Below are positions 10,029 through 19,566 of a DNA stretch of 25,836 bases, in pieces; within the stretch, counting starts at the first letter, position 1, and each line of letters starts with the position of its first letter. The position numbers and the translations under genes were made by a program. Source of the stretch: Fonticula alba ATCC 38817 (lineage: Eukaryota; Protista; Nucleariida); the NCBI GenBank assembly GCA_000388065.2, contig KB932206.1; one strand, given 5' to 3'. The notes beneath the pieces were generated by a model that was given only the letters and a program-made list of their open reading frames with translations, was not told where the DNA came from and made no database searches.

Positions 10029-10892
10029 CGCTCCGGCGATGGGATCTGCATTTACTCCACCAAGATCACGTACGATGGCCAGTGGCAGGACGATCTGTTC
10101 CACGGCACCGGCGAGTGGCGGCACCCCCGGGGCCACATCTACATCGGGGAGTTCCACCTGGGCCGGCGCCACGGACATGGGCAGCTCATCAGCCCGGACG
10201 GATCGAACTACGAGGGCGCCTTCAAGAACGGCCAGAAGGACGGCTCCGGCACCGAGCATCTTGTGGTTTCCTCCTACTCCGGCACCTTTGCCCTGGGGAA
10301 GGTGCGTACATCGGCTGCCCGTGAAGGCCTCCCACCCATGCTCCCTGCACTGGCGGCTGACCTGCGATTTGGATGCCCCCCGCCCCCCCGCCCCCCCCCC
10401 CGCCCCCTATGCTTTCGTCTGCGTGTGCTGCCTTCCCGTGCACGCCCTTCCTAGCGCCATGGCCGCGGGGTCTGGTCTTCCACCTCGACGCGGTACACCG
10501 GCGACTGGACATATGGCCGGCGCAATGGCCGCGGTGTGCTCAACACCGAGTCCGGCAAATACGAAGGCCCCTTCCTGGATGACTTGCGCGACAGCACCGC
10601 TCAGTCAGCCCTGCCGGCGTCCAGCGGCTCGCACCACTCGGGCTCCGGCGACGCCAAGGCCCCGCCCTCCTTCACCACGCTGGTTGGCACCCGGATCAGC
10701 GGCCCCTGGAAGGGCGACCACCAGGCAGACCGCCACACGGTCAAGTTCATCCACGGTCGCACGGATCTGGTGGTGTACAAGTACTGCCTGACCAGCACCG
10801 ACCCCTCGGACACATCGACGGGCGGGGTTCTCCGGCCGCCGCTGGCCCCCACCATCCCGAGCATCCTTCGGCCTGGTGTCACTCACGGGTGA
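6314..10892 (+). CDS. Alsin/ALS2CL-like RhoGEF: Pro/Ala-rich N-terminus, DH, PH and ~16 MORN repeats, ~1065 aa
   Basis: Nine exons: 6314-7306, 7488-8139, 8303-8443, 8661-8873, 9017-9093, 9241-9510, 9644-9784, 10029-10301, 10455-10892. They total 3198 nt, all GT-AG with consistent phases. DH motifs are IIYEIYTTEQTYVSVL and LLLTPVQRITRCPLLFRELL. The PH end is AIEIFTPERPYTIYAGTANNKRLWLAALRKTI. MORN repeats include YRDGSVYEGDFENGRRHGTG. The start is uncertain (6314 vs 6509, or an upstream exon via the acceptor at 6295). Confidence 0.9.
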
Positions 10893-11525
10893 TGTTTGTT
10901 TGTTTGTTTTTCGGCCTGACGTTATACCTCCCCCCCCCCCCCCCGGCAGGTGGCGCCGTGTCTTCCGCCTGGCGCTTCTCCGCGCAACGTGGCCCGCAAA
11001 AACCCGCACCACACCCATCCCCGCGCCATGGATCCATCGATGAATGGGCACATGTATACACGCATATGTGTTTTCGTCCCCCCTGTGCATGGTATTATAT
11101 GTGGGAGGCCCCCGCCACGCACACACGCTGATGGGAAGGGGAGGGGAGGGAGATCATAGAATGTATTTACATCGGAGAAGCAGGGGACATGCATGGAGGG
11201 GGGGGGGGGGAGGGGGGAGGGGGCACCGGTGCACGAAAAAAAACGACGAGACGCGCATATTTTGACAAGGGAAGGGGGAGACACGAGGAGTTGCTTTCGC
11301 TTTTTCCTTCCCCGCGCTCCGCCCTCTCCTCTCCAGCCCCGGCGCATCCCCCTCCCCCTTGGCCTCTCTGAGCGAGACACGGGGAGGAAGGGAGAAGAGC
11401 CACGCCTGTGAAGGATGAGGCGGGACGACGCTGCAAATGGGCACATGCACAGCAGAAAGCGCGCCCCCACGCACAGCGGAGCCAAGAGCGCGCGCGCATA
11501 CACACACGTGCGCGTGAAGACACAC

Positions 11526-12308
11526 TTAGAAAGCGTCAGCGCCGGAGGGAGTGGAGCCGGAGGTGAAGAAGGCGGCGGTGGCGGCCTCGGAGGCGGACAT
11601 GCCGGAGGTGGCGAAGTCGCCGGCGGTGGTCGCGGCGCTGAAGGAGTCCGACGACTCGGCCGCGGCCGGGGTCTCGGCGTGCTGCTCCTCCTCCTCCTCG
11701 GCGGCGGCGGCGGCGGCGGCAGCCGCGGCGGCAGCGGCGTTGGCAGCGCGCAGGTCGCCATGAGCGCCGCTGATCTGGAGGTTCTCCTGGAGATCAGCCA
11801 GGGCAGAGCGCACGCGGCTGTGCAGGCCGATGATGCGCACGCGCGAGTGGGCCGGGCCGCGGGCCAGATCCTCCAGAAGGGGAAGCGAGATGTTGACGCG
11901 GTGGCGGCCGGAGAACTCGGTGGCGTTCTGGTACTCGGCCAGGGCGGAAAGCTGCTCCGCGGTCAGGGGCTCGGTGTAGCCATCGCGCACGTTGGTGGCA
12001 GCCGTGGCGATCAGCTCGGTGATGGCCTGCTTGGCGGCGTCGATGGACTCGCGCGAGCCGCTGATGGTGGCGGTCGAGGCATTCATGCCCAGGTGGATAC
12101 GAGCCCCGGTGGAGCTGGTAATCTTCTTGATGTTGACACCGGCCGGGCCGATGACCAGGCTGCGGAACTGGTTCTCGATCGGGAACTCCTCGGAGATCGT
12201 GGGGTTCTCGGCGGACTGAGGCAGGGAGCGGGAGGGGGGCGAGAAGGATGTCAGCCTTGGGTGCCTCCCGGAGGAGCAGGGAGGGAGGGGGGGGNNNNNN
12301 NNNNNNNN

Positions 12309-12366
<58 letters not shown>

Positions 12367-12983
12367 CTGCTTCTGCCATCGTTTCCGGGCCCGGTCGCGT
12401 GTGGGCGGCCTGGCCAAGATGCCCGCCGCAGATGGGGGGGGGGGGGGGGGGGGGGGGCCAGGTGTATATCCATATGGCCATGGGTGTCTCTCTGTGCACG
12501 AGGCACAGCGCCACAAGGGGCGGAGAGGGCCAGGGGGGGGGGGGGTCCTCCCTCGCCGGGTGACGCTCCCCCCGCCCCCCTGGGAAAGCACAAAAGACCA
12601 AACGAGCGGAGCAAGGAAAGGCCATGCGCGTACCTGGATGTGCTTCTGCACGACGGCCACAGCCCGGGCGAGGTTCGCCTCGGTCAGAGCATAGGCAACG
12701 ATGTTCTTGCCAGCACGAGCGAAGGTGAACTGGTTGCTGCCGGTGCGCAGGGAATAGGCGTTGATGCTCTTCCCGCCGGCCGGCAGGGGGATGGTCTCCT
12801 CCAGGAACGGGTGGGCCTTGATGGCCTGCGACATGGCGGCCACATCCTCCGGCGAGCCGATCAGGTTGAGGGTCGAGTTGCCGGCCGTCGTGGGCCGGGC
12901 CTTCGGCGAGAGGGACATGCCGCGCAGCAGGGCCTGGTAGATGAAGGCCACCGGCGCGTCGAAGGTGTGCTTCTCCTGTGGCG

Positions 12984-13031
<48 letters not shown>

Positions 13032-16013
13032 GGCGAGACATGGGCAGGGGAGGCAAAGGTGCACGGTGAGTGGCAAATGGAGATGGCAAAGGCAGGCCGG
13101 GCCAAACAGCCCATCGGGGGAGGGGCCCGGGATGAGAAGGGCATGCGCATGCACACAAGGGCACCGCCCGGCATGAGGGAGGAAAAAGGGGGGGGGGGGC
13201 AACAGAGATGCAGCGAGAGGGGGAGAACGGGGCGGCGCCGGCGCCGGCGACGGGACACGCACCGAATCCACAGACAGATCCTCAATCAGGGCATTCACCT
13301 GGGCACGGACAGACTCCGCGGCAGACGGCAGGACGTAGATCTGCAGCTGGTCACCCTCGGAGAAGCGAGAGCTGTTGGCCTTGAGCGGGGCCAGGATGTT
13401 CCGGATGTTGACATGCTCCGAGCCCAGGACACGGGCGATGAAGCGCTTGGGGATGGTGAAGTTCAGGGCCACGCTGGCGGCGTGGAACTTCTCCAGCTCC
13501 GCCACGGCGGCCTTGGCCTGGGTGACGGCGGTCCGGGGGCCGGAAATCCGGATCGAGTCCTTGCCCACCGGCGAGATGTTGACCAGGAACTGGTCACGCA
13601 GGGAGCTCAGGCGGAAGCCCAGCCGCGGCAGGGCCAGGCGCTCCTTGGCAATGAGGTCCGCGCTCAGGGGGATGGTGACATTGAAGTTGTGCTCCTTGTG
13701 GTAGGACAGCAGCTCCTTGAACTCCTCGATGGCCTTGTTCACATGGAACTCCAGGCCGGTGAAGATGATCTCCATCTCGGTGTCCGTGTCGGAGGTCTTG
13801 GCCTGGACCGAGTGACGCTGCTGGATCAGGCGCATGTTCTGCCCGCCCTGGCCCATGACCAGGCCGATGAACTCCCGCGGGATGCCCAGCGACTTGGTGG
13901 TCATGCTGCCGCCGGTCAGGGCCGCCTGGCGGCGAGCCTCCAGCACCTCGGAGATGCTGCGGATGGCCGACTCACTGCCGGTCAGGTGAACAGTCACCAC
14001 CGAGGCAGCCAGGAAGGCATTGGCCGAAGCCGAAACCCGGGCCCGGTTGGGGTTGCTGGCGGTGCGGACCAGCGAGCGCAGGATGCCCAGAGGCACCTGC
14101 AGGATGGCCGGGGCATCGGCCGAGGCCGCATCCTCGGCATCCTCGGCCACATCGGCCACCATCATGAGGGACATGGCCTGCTGGCCGAGCAGAGCCACCA
14201 GGGCCTGGCGAGTGAGCCCCTTGCTGGCGTCCAGCGTCAGGGCGCAGGACACCTCGAACAGGGCATTCTCATGCGAGCCCACGATGCTGGCCACAAAGCC
14301 ACCGGCATCCGGGCCATCGATGAAACGCCACGCGCTGGCCGGGAAGCTCAGCTCGCCGGTGAAGCTGTACTTGTTGATGTGGTCCTCGGCATCCATGCGG
14401 GCCACGCCGATGATGTCCCGGGCGAAGGGCAGCGACTCGGCCGGGCCGGTGAGGGAAATCACCCCGGCCGCCTCATCCACCGCCACATACACCTCGGGCA
14501 GCTGGGCCTGGATGCGCTCGCACACCACCGGGACCATCTTGGAAAGGACCTTGCCCGGGACCGGGACCTGCTCGGTGGGGCAGGCCTTGCGCTGGGAGAT
14601 GGCACCATTGAGCAGCGTGCGCGCGGCATTCAGCGAAGCCTTGTTGTCCGAGGCAATCAGCAGGTTGGCCAGGGCCCCGGTGGCCTCATCGGCCGGGGTG
14701 AAAACCACACTCACGCCGGCCAGCTTGCGAACGCCCTGCATGGTGGGGCTGTCCTCGCCCGGGGCCGGGCCCACCACGAAGGGCACCAAATCCTCGGTGA
14801 GGGCAAACTCCACGTAGTTCAGCGAAGAGTAGTGGCTGAGCAGGGAGAAGACCCGCGTCACATGGTCATTGTAGGCCGACCGCAGGCACACGAAGAACAC
14901 GCGGTTGGGCTCGACCTTGATGAGCATGTCCAGCGGCGCGTCACGCACGATGTCGGCGAACTTGTCCTCCTGGCGGGCCAGCCGGTAGGCCGACTGGGGC
15001 TTGAGCTCGAACTCGGTCGACCGGTACATGGACAGGATCTCGTTGGCCATCAGGAAGGCGGGGTGGTGCTTGGACGCGTCGCCGAAGATGGTGATGGTGT
15101 CGGAGTCCTCGGTGGCCGAGCCGCGGGGGACCACCACGCAGCCGGTCTTCTCGAAGATGGCCTTCAGGTTGGAGCCATCCTGACCGCGGAGAAGATCATG
15201 CAGGAAGGACTCGACCGAGAAGCTGAAGGAGGTGACGGACTCGCGGAGCTTGTCCACCTGGGCATCGAGCTGGCCAATGGCCTGCACCAGGGGACCATAG
15301 TCGCCGGTCAGCTTGATGGTGGCCTTGGCCGCGTTGCAGGAAACCTTGAGGCCCTTGGTGGCGGCGAAGTTGTTGATGTACGACTCCTCCGGGCCGACCA
15401 CGAAGTCGAACAGGTGGCTCGGGGTGACGGTGAAGGTCTCGGAGGTGGTGGTGACGCGCTCGCGCACGAACTCCTCGATCAGGCGCTTGGCCTCGCGCAC
15501 GGCCAGCGCATTGCCAATGAGCACGGTGTGCTCGCCGACTGCCTGGGCATTGGGGACATTGATGGTGGCGCCGGAGGCCTCCTTGATCTTCTGGATGTTG
15601 GAGCCACCGGGGCCGATCAGCTGGCTGAAGAGGCTGGGCGGCACCAGGACGGTGTCCTTGACGCTGCGGAGGATGTCGCGCATGAAGCGCTCCTTGACGG
15701 ACTCCAGCGAGTGGGCATTGTTGGCGGAGAGGGTGAACTCGATCTTGCTGCCGGCGGTGCGACGGTCGATGTGGGCGTCTATACNNNNNNNNNNNNNNNN
15801 NNNNNNNNNNNNNNNNNNNNNNNNNNNNNNNNNNNNNNNNNNNNNNNNNNNNNNNNNNNNNNNNNNNNNNNNNNNNNNNNNNNNNNNNNNNNNNNGAAGG
15901 CCACCCAGAAGAGGATCTTGACCACCTGGGGCCGACTCCCCGGGGGGGGCCGACGACGACGACGCGGCCAGGAGGAAATCCATGGCGGGCGGACGGGCGG
16001 CTGAGCAGGCGAG

Positions 16014-16092
<79 letters not shown>

Positions 16093-16757
16093 CGCGGGGG
16101 GGGGGGGGGGAGGGGGGGGGGGGGGGGGAGGACGGGGCACGCACTGTACTGACGGATGAGCACCGGGGAGATGGTGTTGTAGGCGCTCTCGTTGATTTCG
16201 TTCGGGCCAAAGGAGAAGGTAACACTGTTGGAGAAGCGGGTCTTGCGGTTGGAAAGGGTCTGGCGGTGGGTGGCACGGGCGGCATTACGAGCCTCGGCAG
16301 CCTGGGCACGGGGCGCGGAGAGGAGGACCGGCCGCGGGGGGGAACAGAGGGAAGAGAGAGGTCCGGAGGGGAGGGGGGGGGGAGAAAGGGAGCACGGGCC
16401 GAGGCCAGGTCCAGGTCCGAGGCATGAGTGGACGCCGAGCAGAGGGAGGCACAGAGGGGGAGAGAGAGAGAGAGAGAGGGAGAGAGAGAGGGAGGGAGAC
16501 AACATACCCAGGAGACGGTCTTGGGCTTGTCATCAGTGGCGATGGCACCGAGAGTCGGGAAGTGTTCGTCATAGCGACCAGCCACAGGAGGCTGGTTGGA
16601 AGAGGCGCCAGCATCGGCGCCGGAAGACACATCAGGGGAGGCGGCGATCTCCGGGGTCACCTGCTGGGTGACGGCGGACGACTGCGGGGAGCTAACGGGG
16701 ATCGAGTCATTGGTGGACGAAGCGAGGGAGTCGCCAATGGTGACCGTGGCAAACGGG
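11526..16757 (-). CDS. HDLBP: Vigilin/Scp160-like multi-KH-domain RNA-binding protein (5'-partial; ~1317 aa visible)
   Basis: Exons 16757-16508, 16301-16145, 15778-13263, 12975-12634 and 12215-11526 (TAA), with consistent phases 0, 1, 0, 0. KH repeats include LFSQLIGPGGSNIQKIKEASGATINVP, FIGLVMGQGGQNMRLIQQRHSV and FRSLVIGPAGVNIKKITSSTGARIHL. The N-terminal EHFPTLG...TVSW motif resembles the Scp160 N-terminal LPSLG...VSWG. The first visible exon has no in-frame ATG, so the start codon is probably in the 16785-17596 gap. Confidence 0.82.
12295..12308. other. Assembly gap (14 N) flanked by poly-G, in the last vigilin intron
   Basis: N run read directly. Confidence 0.99.
15785..15895. other. Assembly gap (111 N) in a vigilin intron
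   Basis: N run read directly. Confidence 0.99.
15896..16015. repeat. Near-identical direct copy of 24731-24849 (start of the TMEM184 CDS), between an N gap and a poly-G run
   Basis: The 120-nt and 119-nt copies are identical except for one extra G (ctggggccgac vs ctgggccgac). Confidence 0.95.
16015..16128. repeat. Interrupted G homopolymer (~114 nt)
   Basis: G run with tcgc and a interruptions inside the vigilin intron 16144-15779. Confidence 0.9.
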
Positions 16758-16784
16758 CTGCGAGAGAGGAGGTGAGCAAACGAG

Positions 16785-17596
16785 NNNNNNNNNNNNNNNN
16801 NNNNNNNNNNNNNNNNNNNNNNNNNNNNNNNNNNNNNNNNNNNNNNNNNNNNNNNNNNNNNNNNNNNNNNNNNNNNNNNNNNNNNNNNNNNNNNNNNNNN
16901 NNNNNNNNNNNNNNNNNNNNNNNNNNNNNNNNNNNNNNNNNNNNNNNNNNNNNNNNNNNNNNNNNNNNNNNNNNNNNNNNNNNNNNNNNNNNNNNNNNNN
17001 NNNNNNNNNNNNNNNNNNNNNNNNNNNNNNNNNNNNNNNNNNNNNNNNNNNNNNNNNNNNNNNNNNNNNNNNNNNNNNNNNNNNNNNNNNNNNNNNNNNN
17101 NNNNNNNNNNNNNNNNNNNNNNNNNNNNNNNNNNNNNNNNNNNNNNNNNNNNNNNNNNNNNNNNNNNNNNNNNNNNNNNNNNNNNNNNNNNNNNNNNNNN
17201 NNNNNNNNNNNNNNNNNNNNNNNNNNNNNNNNNNNNNNNNNNNNNNNNNNNNNNNNNNNNNNNNNNNNNNNNNNNNNNNNNNNNNNNNNNNNNNNNNNNN
17301 NNNNNNNNNNNNNNNNNNNNNNNNNNNNNNNNNNNNNNNNNNNNNNNNNNNNNNNNNNNNNNNNNNNNNNNNNNNNNNNNNNNNNNNNNNNNNNNNNNNN
17401 NNNNNNNNNNNNNNNNNNNNNNNNNNNNNNNNNNNNNNNNNNNNNNNNNNNNNNNNNNNNNNNNNNNNNNNNNNNNNNNNNNNNNNNNNNNNNNNNNNNN
17501 NNNNNNNNNNNNNNNNNNNNNNNNNNNNNNNNNNNNNNNNNNNNNNNNNNNNNNNNNNNNNNNNNNNNNNNNNNNNNNNNNNNNNNNNNNNNNNNC
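16785..17596. other. Assembly gap (812 N), probably containing the first coding exon of the vigilin-like gene
   Basis: N run read directly. The exon downstream on the minus strand starts after a tctcgcag acceptor in phase 2 and has no ATG. Confidence 0.9.
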
Positions 17597-18897
17597 CCTT
17601 CTTGGTGGGCGCGCGCCCCTGCCGCGCCGGTCGGCGGGGGGGCGGAGAGTGCCCCCCCTTCCCCTGACTTTCGGCTGTGAAGGGAGTGCGCGTTCACCTG
17701 AGACCGCCACAGCGGGAGGGGGGGAATACGGGCATCCCCAGCCGAGGTGGGCACTCCCAACCGCTGGAAGGTGTTGGAAGGACGCTGCCCCACAAAAGCA
17801 GGACGAGCGCGACATACCTCCGCCGGCGTCTGCCCCTCCCCCCCCCCCCCCCCCTTCAGGTCAACCACTGGGCGGTTTTTCGGGATCCGGGGCCGCGCTC
17901 GCCGAGAGGGCAGGCCTTTTTTCAAAATAAAAGGAATAACCGCTCCCTCGCCGGGGGGGGGGGGGGGAGGGGCGATCCTCCGCATGCCCTTCCGGGGCAG
18001 GCTTGTCTTTGCCGCCCCGCCGCCCCGCCGCCCCGCCGCCCCGGGCGCACACGGACGGGAGCGAATGCGCAACACAGGGACTCCGGACGTGACGAATCAC
18101 AGAATTAGGGGGCCCCGGGCCTGGTGCCGGGGCCCGGCCGCCAGTGAGCAGAGCATGCTGGACAAAAATCCGCCAACACCGGCCGGCCTCTAGCCTGCAA
18201 CGGCTAACCGAAAAAAGGGCAGCCGGGAAGCGCGGCAAGGAGTCCGCTGGTCTTCCTGCACAACAACAAGGCACCCCCCTCATGCTGCCCCCAGCCCGAG
18301 CCAACGGCGGGGGCTTTTCCGGGCGTGTGGCCCGCCGGTCAGGCTCCCAGCCCCCAGCCTCCCCCCTCGCGCACCCGGACCCCGAATGCTGGCCCCTGTC
18401 GAAGACCGGGCCGATGGAGAGTCCCCCCATCCCGCGGGAGAAATGGGTTGAACATGTCAGCCTCCTTTACGGGGACGGCCGGTCCTCCTCGCCCCTGGCA
18501 CCGGCGAGAGAAAGCCGGCAAAGGAGAGAGAGTTCTCTGTTCCGGGCGCGCGGGCTGATGGCGGCGGGAGACACCCCCCCCCCCGGACAACTCTCGCCTG
18601 GGACCATGTCAAGGATACACCAAACCGAAGGGGGCAGGACAAGGGAGGTCTCACCGGCCCGCCCCAGGATATCTCTGCGCGCAGAGCGCACCCCCCCCCC
18701 CCCCCCCCCCCCCCCCCCCACCAGAGACACCGCGGCCCACGGACAACGGAAAGGAGCAGGACGCCAGTGCGTCGGCCCCCCGCAGCCCGTCCCCCCGGGG
18801 GAGGACACCTTGAAGGTATGCCACGTGAGTGAGCGGTGGTGCAGGGGATTTAGTATTGTGGACCTATATTGTGCATGTGATGGGCTGCTGATGAGAA

Positions 18898-19195
18898 TCA
18901 GATCATCGCGAAAATGAAGGACAACACCATGGCCAAAATATAGTGCTTGGCGAAGATTGGCGGCGCCCCGGAAGGGATCGGGAAGGGCGTCGGAGACGGG
19001 GCAGGCGTGGAGGTGGGCGTGGGCGTGGGCGTGGGCGTGGGCGTTGGAGTGGGAGTGGGAGTGGGAGTGGGCGTTGGGGTGGGAGTGGGGGTGGGAGTGG
19101 GAGTGGGAGTGGGAGTGGGAGTGGGCGTCGGAGTGGGCGTCGGAGTGGGCGTAGGCGTGGGCGTCGGAGTGGGCGTAGGCGTGGGCGTGGGCGTG

Positions 19196-19233
<38 letters not shown>

Positions 19234-19527
19234 AGTTGGAGTTGGAGTGGGTGTGGGTGTCGGCGTCGGTGTGGGAGTAGGCCACACCGGCACAAGCATG
19301 GAACATTGGTTGTAGCTGTTGTACAAGCTGAGGCACTTGGTCAGAACGCAGCTCCCCGAGTAATAGAACCGCCCCGCGGAAATTCGCTGATTGCAGTTGG
19401 TCATGGCGCAGGTGTCGAGTTGCTTTTTTTTTTCGATCGCCAGGCGCACGGAGAAGGACCGAGACAGGAACGGTGTTAGACGACATGCTGAGGTGGCCTT
19501 CCCCACGAGAGAAGGGGAGAGAGAGAG

Positions 19528-19566
<39 letters not shown>

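Noticed and set aside
12978-16004. 1008-aa ORF on +
   Set aside because: It is the antisense shadow of the vigilin exon (strong GC3 bias removes antisense stops), has no recognisable domain, and runs through an N gap.
12861-16505. 1214-aa single ORF on -
   Set aside because: It reads through introns, poly-C, N bases and the duplicated TMEM184 fragment. The spliced model with GT-AG sites explains the real coding parts.
17597-18897. ORF 18144..18917 (+, 257 aa) and overlapping ORFs upstream of vigilin
   Set aside because: They have low-complexity Pro/Arg/Gly composition, no motif and no convincing splice structure. The region is best explained as vigilin upstream sequence plus the 3' end of the Cys-rich gene.
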